A DNA stretch of 63,740 nucleotides, counting the filler, from Psammoneis japonica (Eukaryota), in NCBI GenBank assembly GCA_008632985.1. It is 4 parts of 4 records of this genome, joined end to end, with 100 filler letters (N's around TTAATTAATTAA, not from the genome) between each part and the next. Parts side by side here need not be neighbours in the genome. Positions count along the whole stretch, not along the records: positions 18,481 to 36,813 come from QPGO01000471.1; positions 36,914 to 55,056 come from QPGO01000470.1; 2 more parts are not named here. One strand, given 5' to 3'. Below, piece after piece: positions 23,520 through 36,915 of the stretch. The notes beneath the pieces were generated by a model, which did not search any database, was not told the DNA's origin, and saw only the letters and a list, made by a program, of their open reading frames with translations. The first letter of the stretch is position 1. Each line of letters opens with the position of its first letter. Position numbers and translations under genes: made by a program.

Positions 23520-25200
23520 TTGTTCCAATCGTCAAGCTTTGATCAAAGAGTCAATGCATTGTTTGCACTTGTGCAGCCGATGCAGCTGCTTTGGAGGCTT
23601 TTCCGAGGCCACGCTTCAAAGTGGTTGTTCAGGCACAGTGCCTTTTCGTCCGCTGCAATGACGTGAGCCATGGCCAAAGCTGATTCTGGCACAAGTGAGA
23701 TGGAGTCAATTCCTTGTTCCACAAGAAATGTGGCAATGTTGTTGGGCTCATTGCTGGGGAGCTTGTCGGCAAAAGCCAGTGAGTGCCACGATGTGAGCCA
23801 GCGCTGGCTGCTCCAGCAGCTGACTTTGCCGCAGGGCTGCTCTTGTCAAACAGCCTTTCCAGCTCACTGTCATCATTTTCTGAACCAAAAAAAAGCTGTG
23901 CCAAGTCATTGAGTCCATTGAAAAAACAGTCAAAGAGAGCAGTGAAGTCATCAGCAGCTGGGGTGCTGGCAGGGGCTTCACAGCACACTGCACCCCAAAC
24001 TTCGAGGGTTTTTTGTTGCCCTTGCTTTGGCCCCCTCTTGGCAAGAACATCAGTCACAACACAAGGGAACAACAAGCTCTGCATTGTTCAGGCACCTGCT
24101 TTGTTTTGAGCATGAGACAGACCCTTGTGCTCAAACTCAAATGTGTTTTTGAGCTTTTGGCAGAGACATCACACAGCTCTCCAAGAAGCCAGCTCCAATT
24201 TTCTTCATCCAGCTCAAAGACCTTGCCACTCACAAGACAACAGTGCTTGTTTGGTTTGAAGCTGCTGGGGTGAACAACAGCCAGGTGAGGATGAAAGGGA
24301 GCAGTGGCACCCCCCCACGCCTTTGGAGAGCTTTTCAATGAAAAAGTGCTGGGGGTGGGAATCATTTCAGGCTTTTTCACAAACCACCACACACAACAGC
24401 CTCACTTGCTCAATTGAGAAAGATCACCAAATTTGGCACAACCACAGAACCTTGGTGAGCTGGCCCAACTCCAGTGATGGACAGATGACAGCTCAAAAGA
24501 GCAGAGCTGGGATCTCCCAAGATGGAGCTTTGCCCTGGTTTTGGAAGGTCATCAATGCTGAACTCAGTGTGCTGAGTGTCAGCAACTCCATGGTGGGTGA
24601 ATCTGCTGCTGCCATTGAGCCAGTTTGTTGCACACAAATTGCCAGCTTCAGGAGAGTTACAGGGATGAACAGCGCAGGTTTGCTTTCATCCAACACAGTG
24701 GTTGATGACAGCAGGATCCTCTGCTTTTTCAACTGTGGGTTTGAACAGCTCTGGTGCTCATTGGGGCCCCATCTTTCTGCCAACAATGGACTGTCAAAGA
24801 CCACACAAGCTGGCAACAACAGCAATGCAATGAAATCCCACATGTCAGGGTTGAGTGCAAAGGCAGTGCCCAAACTTGCAGCATCACTCCACACCATTGT
24901 CAGGTGATGGTGCAACCAGCAGATGCTCTCCAGGATGGCATCTGCCGCTGCCGCTTCCCCCCCAGCAACCTCACTTGAAGATGAGGCTTGCTGCCTGTCA
25001 GAGGATGTGTGCAGCTGTCAGATCTTCAGCGGTTTCCAAGCTCTGTGTGGCAATGGAAGTTTCCACACATTGCTGCCACACACACTTTCATGCACCACTT
25101 CAGCATTTTGTGAATGACATCTTTTTGCCATTTTTGCTCAGCTTTGCAGCTGCACCATGCTGACTTGCACTGCAATGCCCAATGCCACAACATTGGCATT
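23520..25200. mobile_element. Decayed unclassified repeat block
   Basis: Abrupt switch to TA-depleted composition; only Tyr-free ORFs. Confidence 0.4.
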
Positions 25201-28170
25201 TTTTGGTGTGTGCCTCATGTTGCACATGCACACATTCCCACATGACTTTGGTGGCATTTTGCATCATTTTGCAGTCACATGCATTGCTCCCAGCACACAA
25301 ACATTGGATCTTGTGGGCAGAACTCATTGGGCCCACATCACATGGAGTCCTGGCTGGGGCTGAAGTGTGCACATCAGCAGAATTTTGTTTCTCTCACTGG
25401 CAGAGGACCTTTCTTCTATGCACATGCTGACCATGCAATGCACTTTGCTGCCTCAAGATGAGTTGTCAGTGTTGGAGATTAAAAAAGAACAAACAGGGGG
25501 TGCAAAACACAGTGAGCCACACTGCCCTGTCTTTGAGCAATGCACAAACAACAGCAAGGCAGAACATGTGCTCACACACACCACCTGGCTCCAGCCCCTC
25601 TTCAGGCCAAAAGAAGGCCAAGCTGTTCTTGCAGATTGCTTTGATTGAGAACCATGCTGCAGGTGCTGGTTGTTGTGGCAAATCCATCACAAAAACTTGC
25701 ACCCCAACTGGTGCCAACTCTTGAGCAAGCTTGCTGAGATGGAAGGTGTCAAGGGCTGGGCCTTGATCAACAAGTCCATTGCTGTGAAGGCTTGTGCTGC
25801 ATTGAGCCAAACAACCCTTGAAGCAATTCTGGCAGAAATTGTTGAAATGGTCAGAGTGACCCACACATCCAATCATCATGGTGGAAACCAGACAAATTCT
25901 TTTGCCAACAGGAGTCAAGGAACCAACTCCAACAGAAGAAACCAACAGCCCAACACTGCATGTCCCGTGCACAGCATTTTACAAGCAGCATCAACAAAGC
26001 TGTGCCAACCGTGGTCAACAATGGCAAGGCTCCAACAGTCACAACCAGAGCAATCAGAAGACTCAGCCAAACCATCAACACAATGCAAGGAGTTGTTCTC
26101 ATCAGTTGGGAAGAGAACAATCAAGTTCAGAGTCAACCTGCTCATTCAACTCAAGTTTGTTTGTTTGTTTGTTTGAACCCAAGCAATGCTGACAGCACAT
26201 TGTTGCAAGACATCAACAAAATCTCTGATGTGTTTGAAGTGATGAGCACTGTTCAAGAGCCCCAACCAAAAGTGCTGGACCCTGCAACAACTGCAAAAGT
26301 GACAGCTCAGTTTCTCAATGATGGAACAGGCCAGAGCAAATGTCACCTTGGCCTGCTCAACACTGGGGCACGTGGTGATTTTGTCAAGCGTGATGCACTC
26401 AAGTCTGTTCCTCATTCCATCAAAGGGGCTGTGGGTGCAAAAGTCAATGGAGGGTGCAAAGCGATCAAATCTTCCCAGCTTCCCAACATTGAAGTCAAGC
26501 TTCTGGAATTTACAAGCATGAAGAAGCATCTGCCAATGCTTGCATCAAAGAGAAGCAAGGCAACTGGGTGCCTTGATGTTGTCATTGGCGCTGCTGAGCA
26601 CACCAAAGCAATGGCATTGTCCGCAACTTCAAGACAGACTGCCTGTTGCACAGGATGATGTTGCTGTCCCAACGTGTCCAGAAGGGTTGATGGACCAAAA
26701 CAAGGCTTTGCCTGACTTTGTGCTGGCTGCCACACAATGTCAGACTTGCACCATTTGAAGCAATGAGTGTGTGAGCAGCTCAGTTGTCAGAAGATGGCAT
26801 CATGGTGCAATGATTTGACAGCAGAAAGTCAAAAAGAAGATCTGTTGGAATTGATTGGATGTCATCCCAGTTCAGTTGATGAAGCTCTTTGTGAAGCTCC
26901 TGGACCTCTGAACATGCTCTGAGTCAAGCCTGGTGCTGAGCCTTGTTGTGCCAGAGCTTGTGTCATTCCTCAAGCTCTTTGTCCCATTGCAAGGGAAGAA
27001 GTTTTGATGAGCTTGAAATTGTTGGCATTGTTGCTTGCAATGTTGCTTTTAAGTGGGGCAAGCCATGTTTGTTCTCACCAAAGGAAAACAGTGGAGTCCA
27101 ACATGTCTTAACCAACTTGAAGCACCCCAACTCATGTCTCACAAGTCACCCTCATCTGATGTCAAACCCTGATGATGTGATTTGGAAAATCAACAGGTTT
27201 GCATGGGTGCTTGCTTTGATCTCAACCACATGGCCATCATCATTCTTTTGTTCTTGACTGCCAGTCAAGCAAGCTCTGAGCAACCATCTTGCCATGGGGC
27301 AAGTGTTGTCAGCCACCCTCAACTCCCTCAAGGAGCCACGCCTTCAAGAAGTGACATCTTTCAAGCTTTTGTGAGCCAGTGCTTTGGTGATGCAGAAGAC
27401 ACCGCTGCTTTCTTTGACAATGTTCTTTTGTTTGCAAAATCAGCCTTTGTTCAGCACCTTCTTCAAAAACTTGTCAAGAATGACCTTTGCACACACATTG
27501 AAGGAACTTTTCTTGCTGGTGCCAAGGTTGGCATTTTTGGGACATCATGTCAAAAGGAAGGGTGTCACGCCTCAGAAGCAGAAAATTGTTCCCATTTTTT
27601 TGCTTTGCTTCTCCCAAAAACAGAAGTCAGCTGAGGTCATTTAATGGATTCACAAATTTCCATGAGAAATTGTGGCATTGCAAGAGACACACACCACGAC
27701 ACCTCTGATGGCTGTGGTCACTCCCAAGATCAAGCTCAAGTGGTCTGAAGTCAAAGAGCAATCTTTCCAAGCCATGAAGAAAATCATTGCTTGCCAAGTC
27801 TTGTTGCACTTTCCTGATTTCAGCACAACTTCTGCATCTACCCTGGTGCAAGTGACTGTCAACTTAGCACCACCACAATTCAAGTGTTTGAAGATGGCAA
27901 GTGGCCCATTGCACTCTGCAGTCACAAATTGTTTGAAGCTCAGTGCAGCAGAGAAGGAGTTGCTGTCCATCATCAAAGCAATGAGTGCACTTCACTTGGC
28001 TGTTGTTCAGTTCAAGTCAGAGCACATCAAACACAGGCGGCACCTCTTGTTGGAAGAGTGTTGCTGCACTTTTGAACACTGTCCTGGCAAGGACAATGTC
28101 ATCACCAACAGTTTGAGCCACCGTCCAGTGATTGATCATGTCTCCACTGATTGCTTTGAAGAAGCCATGA
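25200..28170 (+). mobile_element. Degenerate Ty3/gypsy element (gag-PR-RT-RNaseH; integrase missing)
   Basis: PR HLGLLNTGA (~26345). RT PCLFSPKENSG, CFDLN, LPQG..DIFQA, FFDNVLLF. RNaseH VLLHFPDF, EKELLSII, LLLEE...FEHCPGKDNV. Confidence 0.85.
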
Positions 28171-30200
28171 CCTTGGGCTGTCTGGCTGGGGAAGCAAGTG
28201 CTGCGGGTGTGCATGCTTTTTTTGTGCATGTGTCCTGTTCTCATTTCTCAGTGATCTTCAGATTTTTCTCTGTCTTTTCATCAAGTCATTTCAGTGGCTT
28301 GTCTCTTTTGCAAAACAAGTCTTTTCAATGACTTGTTGCATGTGTCTGGGCTTGGTTTGCATTCCGCACAATTCTGTGAGATGTCCAAGAGAGCAGCTCC
28401 AAGGGACCTGTTCTGTCTCATCTCACAACTCAAGCATCTGGGTGGTTGAGCCTCATTTCACTCACAATTGGCCTCTGAGGACAATTCATTTTTCATTTCC
28501 ATGTGTGCTTCCTCCACATTGTCAAACAGCACAAGTGTTTCAGTCAGTTTTGTGGACAAAGCAGTGAAACAGGGTCCAAAGTTGATGCCATCGTGTGGGC
28601 TGAGTTTCGCTTCTTCTCTCACGTGTCTTCTTGAACTCAAGTGCCGCCAACGAATGTTTTGCACAATCTGTTGTGCACAATTTGTGCTCACATGTTCAAA
28701 CAAAACACCACTTGTGTCTTGTTCAAGAGCCAACTTGTGTGCAAGAATGCGTGCTTTGTGTTTTTCTTTTGGGCATCGCAGCAGCTGCAAATCGCTCATC
28801 AGAAAACTGAGCTCTTGTCTCACAGCTCCACCCCATTTGGTGATTGATGGCTTGGTGCATCATCAGTTGTGAATGCATGGGTGCACACATGAGACCTTTC
28901 CATGTGCCCACAACAACACATTTGAAAATTGTCATGTCTCAGCTGTTGAAAATGGTGCCTCAAGTTCAGACAACGCGTTTCATGCTAAAAGGGTCATTTT
29001 TTTTCGTGCAAACACACACCCAAGTCTGGAACAAGTCTCAAGTGGAGAGTGGAAGGAGCACTTGCTTGAAAAGGTGCCCTTGTTTTTGCCACTCACAGCA
29101 AAGCAGCTGCCCACACCAGCGTTGGCAACACAGTCTGTGCGCACATTGTGGGGAAGTGGGGCCAAAGGAGGGCACACAAGAGGAGAGAGCTGCCAGGGGG
29201 TGGCAACCTTTGCGGCTTCCACTTGCCAATCATTTTCACTGTGTGCCTTTTTTCCCACTTCTCACAGTGCAAAAGATTCATTCCAAAAAAAGTGCAAGAC
29301 ATCATCACCCGCTTCAGTCGTGACAACAGGTGGCCGTGTCGATTTTGTGCGGCGGCGATTGGCCCGGTTTTTTCATTCATTCGGAACCCGGAACAAGGCA
29401 TTCCAGTGCGTCAGGCTCGCTCGCGAGAGGACGCACAATGACGTCAGAAAGATCAGATCGAATGAATCTTTCTGAGATTCTCGCGAAACAAGCTCGCTCG
29501 CACGCAGAAGTCTGCGGGCCCAATGTCGCACGGATTCCCACCTGCGTCTGGAACGCGTCTGCTCCCATTTCTTGTCTCCCAGTCCTGGACAAACTCTCCC
29601 TCACTTGCTGGCAAATCAAGTGCTCTGTTGTGTGCAGTGATCTTTCTGTTGTTTCATTTCTTTGAGGTTTGAACGAGGTTTTCCACTTGATGAGCGACAG
29701 CCTGTGGTTTGGCACTCTTCCTTTGACTTCCTTTTGGCTTCCTTCATGGCTCTCATGTGAATTTTTCCCAAATGCAACTGTCCTCTGTGGTGGTGGTGTA
29801 ACCAACGTGTGTGTCACCAGCAATGCCACATCAAACTCCAAGTGTTGTGTTGTGCTCTCTGCACCAACTTTTTCCGTCGGGCGTCTCCTCAGGGAGACGC
29901 CAGTTCAGGCCAATCGCGTGTGTTTCTGCCACATCTCCAAGCGGGGTGCACTGGAAGTGTGGGTCAGCTGGCGCCAGTGTTGCTGGGCAAAGGTGCAACA
30001 GCACTTAAAATTGGGTTTGTTTTTTTTTCCTCACCGACCACAGTGCGGCGTGATGTGCTGGTGCTCAGTTTCACGGCGTTCTTCTTTTTGCGTCATTCTT
30101 GCGCGAGTTCGCAGTGACGTCAGAAAGATCGGATCGGATGAATCTTTTGAGATTCCTCTCCCTCCGACCTCCGAGGCGACGCACGACGCACGGCATCACA
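28170..30200. mobile_element. Decayed repeat mosaic including a right-end remnant (29430-29559) related to the GAC-TIR family
   Basis: ctcgcacgcagaagtctgcgggcccaatgtcgcacggattcccacctgcgtctggaacgcgtc matches the MITE right end. tgacgtcagaaagatc.gatcg.atgaatctt occurs at ~29439 and ~30115. Confidence 0.6.
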
Positions 30201-30309
30201 CCATGACATAGACGCACTTGAACACACATAACGCTGTTTTGTTTTTCCAAGACTTGACACTTACACCAACACTTCCTTGACTAACACACCTCTCATACGT
30301 GTGTCTTGC

Positions 30310-33300
30310 ATGTTGGCAGTGACTGTAACTGTTTTTGTGATTTTTGTTTCATATTTCAGTACCGCACAAGCTTTTGTTGTTGTTTCACATCATACGCTCG
30401 TTTCTGCAAAGAAAAAGTATAATTTGACTGAATTGAAAATGACAGACGATCACCACAAGTTCCATTTCGCCATTGACCGGGGCGGAACCTTTACCGATGT
30501 TCACTGTAAGCTCCCCAATGGAACAGAACTTGTTTCCAAATTACTTTCCGAAGACCCCATGCACTACAAGGACGCTCCCACCGAAGGCATTCGTCGCATT
30601 CTCGAACAATACGATACATCCACTTCCTATACTCGTGGCAAACCCGTCTCGACGCAATCGATTGGAAGCATTCGCATGGGAACGACCGTGGCGACCAATG
30701 CCCTGTTGGAACGGGACGGTGCTCCCATGGCTCTCGTCATTACCGACGGTTTTGCCGATTTGCTCGAAATTGGAAATCAAGCACGAAGTGACATTTTTGA
30801 TTTGACCTGTGCCAAACCAAGTCTCCTGTACAAGGATGTGGTGCAAATTCAGGAACGGGTCGTGTTGGAAAATTTCGTCACGAGTGAATCGGGTCTAGGA
30901 GAGGGAGTCTCGTCCCACGAGGGAATTACCGGTGAATCGGTACGAGTTTTGCAAGCTCCCGATTTGGACCAAGTCAAAAAGCAGTTGCAATCCTTGGCCG
31001 ACAAGGGTATTACCAGTATTGCCATATGTCTCATGCATTCCTTTGCCTATCCACAACATGAAGTCATGATTGGTGATTTGGCCAAGAGCATGGGTTGCTT
31101 TGATCAAATCTCACTTAGTAGTTCCGTCATGCCCATGATCAAGATGGTGAGTCGTGGCCACACGGCGTGTGCTGCGGCGTACCTGACACCCAAAATCACC
31201 TCCTATCTATCATCCTTTCAACAAGGCTTTGATGAGAACTTAAAGAATGTGGCATTGACCTTTATGAAATCCGATGGTGGTTTGGCACCGGGTCCACGAT
31301 TTTGGTGGACACCAGGCAATTCTGAGTGGACCAGCCGGAGGCGTTGTGGGATATGCCAAGACATCGTATCATCATCAAGATGACGATATGCCCGTGATTG
31401 GATTCGATATGGGAGGTACATCGACTGATGTATCCCGATATGATGGCTCGTGGGAACTCGTCTTTGAAACAACAACTGCTGGAGTGGCTATTCAAGCGCC
31501 TCAACTGGACATCCACACGGTGGCAGCCGGCGGTGGATCTCGATTGTTTTTGAAACGAGGCATGTTTATCGTGGGTCCAGAATCGAGTCGAGCCCATCCT
31601 GGACCCGTCTGTTATCGCAAAAATGGGTACTTGGCAGTGACGGATGCCAACGTCGTGCTCGGCCGAGTCATTCCAGAAGAATTCCCAAGCATCTTTGGAC
31701 CCAACGAAGACGAGCCACTGGATTTAGACGGAGCCAAGCAAGCGTTTTTAGAATTATCCTCGCGTCCCGAAGCTCAAGGACGATCGGTAGAAGAGTTGGC
31801 CTTTGGTTTTTTGCAAGTGGCCAATGAAGCCATGTGTCGTCCCATTCGAAACTTGACACAAATGAAGGGACACGATATCACCACGCACAAGTTGGCGTGC
31901 TTTGGTGGTGCGGGTCCGCAGCATGCGTGTGCCATGGCCAAGGCATTGGGAATTTCCAAGGTATTTGTTCATCGTTACGGGGGTGTACTCTCGGCCTACG
32001 GACTATCCATGGCCGATGCAGTTCATGAAGAGCAAGAGCCGACGGCACAAGTATATGCCAACAAGGACGGGAGTCAAGTAGACCCTAACGGAACGGTTCG
32101 AAATGAACGATTGGCACTCTTGGGTGAAAAAGCTCAAAAAGCTTTGGAGGAGCAAGGTTATGAAGCCAAAGACATTGTATTGGAGCGCTATTTGAACATG
32201 AGGTACGATGAAATTGGTAATATCTTCAGCTCATTCATTCCTTGTTCTTGTCTCAATCCTGTCTCTCATTTTTCATATACCTCTGCTTGGTATCGTTTGA
32301 ATGTAGGTACGAAGGAACGGACAATGCGATAATGATTCAAGAAAGCACAGATAAGAGTTACGGCGAATGCTTTGCTGCACAATACTTGAGAGAGTTTGGT
32401 TTCAAGTTGGAGGGACGAGAGATACTGATTGATGATTACCGCGTCCGTGCGGTTGTTCCGGGCCATTCGCCTCCTCAAAACGCAAAGCCTACATCGTTGG
32501 GTAGTCCACCTGCAACAGGCAAGACCCGCACCTATTTTGAAGACGGGTGGCGAGAAGTATCTGTCTATCGAATGGAAAAACTACAACCTGGACACGAAGT
32601 GGCGGGTCCAGCCATTATCGTACAAGAGATTAGTACCGTGGTGTTGGAAGTCGGTTGCACTGCCTTTGTCACGGCGGATGGTGACTTGGACATTACCGTC
32701 GACCGAGCTGTGGACCACCATGGCGATNGAAACAAATCTGCCGACGAAATAAGGAGGATCCGGTACAGCTATCCATCTTTTCTCATCGATTCATGGGTAT
32801 TGCTGAGCAAATGGGTCGAACACTTGCACGGACCGCCATTAGCGTCAATATGAAGGAACGACTGGATTTCTCGTGCGCTCTCTTCACCTTGGACGGTGGT
32901 TTGGTGGCAAACGCTCCGCACATTCCGGTTCATTTGGGTGCCATGCAGTCGGCAGTTCGCTTTCAAGTAGAGTACTGGAACAGCGAGGGTCGAGAGGGAC
33001 TTCAAGAAGGCGATGTGCTTGTCTCCAACCACCCTCAGCTCGCAGGCGGATCTCATTTGCCAGATATTACTGTCATTACGCCTGTGTTTTTCAAGGGGTC
33101 CATCATTTTCTTTGTCGCAAGCCGTGGCCATCATGCCGACATTGGGGGTATTGCTCCCGGTTCCATGCCACCTCATTCAACCAGACTGGAAGACGAGGGT
33201 GCCATGATTGTTGCATTCAAGCTTGTCAAGAGTGGCAAATTCCAAGAAGAAGGTATTACCGAGATACTAGAAGCCCCTGGAAAGTTAAAAGGCAACTCTG

Positions 33301-34346
33301 GCACCCGCAACTTGCGAGATAATCTGAGTGACTTGCGAGCTCAAGTCGCTGCCAATAATTCGGGTATCCGCCATTTACAAGAGCTGGTCGAGGAGTATGG
33401 TCTTGGCGTCGTTCAAGCGTACATGGGCTTTATTCAACACAACGCCGAAGGATGCGTTCGTACCATGTTGAAAGAGTTTGCAGAAAAGCATGGCTCCCGT
33501 GCTCACGCAATCGATTATATGGACGATGGAACTCCGATTGAATTGACAATTACAATCGACAAAGACACCGGCAGTGCCTTGTTTGATTTTACTGGTACAG
33601 GTCCACAAGTCTACGGCAATCACAATGCTCCACCCGCCGTGACGTACTCGGCTGTCATTTACTCGCTACGGTCTCTTGTTGCCCAAGATATTCCTCTCAA
33701 TCAGGGTTGCTTGGCGCCCATTGAGTTTGTGATTCCCAAGTATTGTCTCTTGAATCCGTCGTCGGACGCCGGTGTCGTGGGAGGAAACGTATTGACAAGT
33801 CAACGCGTGGTGGACGTTGTACTCAAGGCATTCAAGGCTTGCGCTGCGAGTCAGGGCTGTATGAATAATTTGACCTTTGGCGACAAGGAGTTTGGATACT
33901 ACGAGACGATTGCCGGGGGCGCCGGAGCTGGAAGCACTTGGAATGGTCGCAGCGGAGTGCATACGCATTGTACCAATACTCGTATTACCGATCCGGAAAT
34001 TCTGGAACGTCGATATCCCGTCTTGTTGCGACAGTTTGCCTTGCGTCACGGTAGTGGAGGGAAGGGACAACACAAGGGCGGCGACGGCGTCATTCGTGAA
34101 ATCCAGCCATTACGTCCTCTCATTATGAGCATTCTCAGTGAACGTCGCGCTCTTCATCCCTATGGCCTTGACGGTGGTGAGGACGGTGCTTGTGGAATCA
34201 ACTTGCTCGTAAAGGAAAATGGTATTGTTGTCAATATGGGCGGACGGTGCAGCGGTACAATTACTGTTGGCGAACGACTTAGAATTGTAACTCCCGGTGG
34301 TGGTGGATGGGGCAAATACGAAGCCTCAGGGGAAATGAACAGTTAG
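30310..34346 (+). CDS. OXP1: 5-oxoprolinase (ATP-hydrolysing; hydantoinase A+B fusion); intron 32203-32306; apparent indel errors near 31290 and 32730-32760
   Basis: [95 protein letters not shown] intron restores MR/YEGTD. Alternative start at 30439. Confidence 0.95.
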
Positions 34347-34409
34347 TCTAGTTCCTTGCAAATAACAATGCAATAGCATGAATAAGGTTTTGAACAATTA
34401 CAAGTGTAA

Positions 34410-34540
34410 TGGACCGAAAAATTTCGGTCCACTTTGGGTCCCTTTTCGGTCCATTGCCGCGCGTGCGCGCGACGAAAATGGACCGAAATTGACATTTTTC
34501 GGTCCACGCTTCCCTTGCACGCACGCACGTACGGACCGCG
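34410..34540. repeat. Cluster of five TGGACCGAAA motifs in mixed orientation
   Basis: Forward at 34410 and 34479; reverse complement (tttcggtcca) at ~34422, ~34444 and ~34497. Confidence 0.85.
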
Positions 34541-35902
34541 CAAGGTCATAATGACGTGGCATTTCCCCGCGCTATTTGTATCGCTAAATATCTATAAATA
34601 ATCTAGCCTCATGAATGAATAAAACTAATTGATGAGCCTTCCGACACGAGGCATTTTTTTGGCAGAACAAAAAACATCAGCCGACCATCATACAACAGCA
34701 ACAGACATCACGTCGTGTCGACACAAGCGAGCATCCCATTCAAAGAAAACATGACGTATGGGACAACGACTATAGACTTTGGCAAGGCAGTAGTATTGTT
34801 GTCTTGTGTATTTAATGCCGGAATGGTATTTTTCATCTACAAGGATCCAGAACGAGTGATTGCATCNTACAGAAATAGACAACGATGAAAAGAACTCATA
34901 TTTACCTCGTATATGGGCGTCTCATTTGGTCTATCAATTGGTGGTTCGACTTCATTGGGTCTTTACCGAAGAAACGGCACGTCCTCTATCGGTGTGTCTT
35001 GATTTCGTACATGCTCCCGATTGCACAGTATTTCTCGAAACAAGTTATTACGAGTCCATGCCACCCATGGAACATCCGAGGTTACCTTTATGATGATTCC
35101 AATATTGTCCTATTAGTGAATTATCTCAAGTACACCGACGAGAGTGCAAAGGGAAAAAGCTTCAATAGCAATATGCCATAGGAGATATACGTCGTGATTG
35201 GCTTGGGGGATTTTGTTTATGTTTTGGTTCGTGAAAGTAAATGTGAAAGTGTATATGTGAAAGTATTGGTAAAGGTTCAGTTTTCATAAAATAGGGAAAT
35301 AGGGATGTCAGAGGGGTAATGGAGAAAAATAATCACAGACTCAAGGCTCGCTATAAGGGCGAGTTTGTCTTTTGGTCAGTGTGTTCAATCTGCATAAATA
35401 CAATAACAATGTCGTGCAAAGCCACGCAATGATTCTATTTGTGGTCGACAGGTGTATAGAACAGCTTCACTATCGTAGCCGTGCTTTGTCGACCGTAAGA
35501 CCATGCTTTCAATCTCTCATCTCGGGTGGAGCTTTTTGTTGTGAGTCCTACTACATAGTTGTTGAAAGCGAAAGCAACAAACAAAAAGGACTTTTGATGA
35601 GCTCCTTTGCCTTTCTGTTTCGCTATTTATCAACAGCATTACTCTAGAGTGCTCTTACCGGTACCTCCATATATCTGTAGCTTAGCTAGAGTCTAAGCGC
35701 AGCTAGAGCTACATAGCTAGCTCACCGACCCACGAGCAGTCTTTCCGTCTCACCACCAACAGCTGCCGGAAGATGTTGTGACCGCGTCCAATCAAAATTC
35801 GTGCATTTTGTCTGGTACATTTTCAAGTAGATTCTACGACAGAATCCTTTCACATTTTTTCTGCGAAAGATCCCCTCACAAAAATACTTTTCCCTCGTGA
35901 CC

Positions 35903-36813
35903 ATGGCGTTTTTTCAAACGCTGCAGCTGTTGCTATTACTGTTGGGTTCTGTCCACGCCTTTATTCCAACAACAAGGACAAGTATCCTAGAAATGTGTTG
36001 TATGCGTCAAATCCACTCTCGCATTGCTCAAGTAGGTGGAGGATTGCCTCTTTCCGATGTCGTGTTTGATCCGGAAGCAGGGAAAACTAAGGGAAGTGGT
36101 GAATTGACGAGACGAAATCGCCAGTGGCTATCGTATTATCTGTCTGCGTCGTCTTCTTCTTCACAACAACTTCCACACACATGATTTACAAGACGCACAA
36201 CACTGGCTCGAAGACATTGGTTGCACTCAATTTGCAAAGCCACAGGCACGGCCACCGCACCGTGTTGGGACGGACGCGTTTGATTTCGCCAGATGCCCCC
36301 GGGGATATTCAACACGTCATTCTTCAATTGCCAGAGGGATTTCACTACGTCGAGGGACAATCTCTTTCCGTCCTTCCACCCGAGGGTCGATGAACGAGGC
36401 AAAAGCCAAGCCACGGTTGTACAGTATTGCGTCACGCGTTTGGCGACATTGTCGACGGCAATACGGTGTCTCTCTGTGTCCGACGTGCCGTATACGTAGA
36501 TCCGCGAAACGGGTCTTGAGGATGAATCGAAAAGGGAGTTTGTTCCAACTTTTTGTTGTGACGTACACCCGGTACAACGTCAGTGTCGCGGGGCCCATTG
36601 GAAAACATGCTACTACCAGACGATCAACCACCGATATCATCATGGTGGCGACGGTACCGAATTGCACCCTTTCGAGGCCTTTTTTACATCGACTATTCAT
36701 GGAAAATACACTGGCGCGACACGTCTTTCAAGGAACCGCGTGGCTTATACTGGGCGTTCCAGTGACGGGTGGTTTGTTATATCCAGAAGAATTCCAAGCC
36801 ATGCAACAACAAG
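35903..36813 (+). CDS. petH: Plastid-targeted ferredoxin-NADP+ reductase (FNR), truncated by gap, many indels
   Basis: Signal peptide MAFFQTLQLLLLLLGSVHA-FIP. Motifs YVEGQSLSV.P, PRLYSIAS, TVSLCVRR, GPIGK, IIMVAT, IAPFR, AWLILGVP spread over shifted frames. Confidence 0.85.
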
Positions 36814-36913
36814 NNNNNNNNNNNNNNNNNNNNNNNNNNNNNNNNNNNNNNNNNNNNTTAATTAATTAANNNNNNNNNNNNNNNNNNNNNNNNNNNNNNN
36901 NNNNNNNNNNNNN
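36814..36913. other. Assembly gap with TTAATTAATTAA linker (36858-36869)
   Basis: N-run with linker. Confidence 0.97.
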
Positions 36914-36915
36914 CA

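Noticed and set aside
31280..31300. Programmed frameshift or pseudogenisation of OXP1 (also FNR and ELWxxDGT frameshifts)
   Set aside because: One extra G in ccgggtcc, an N at 32728 and many indels near contig ends point to sequencing error.
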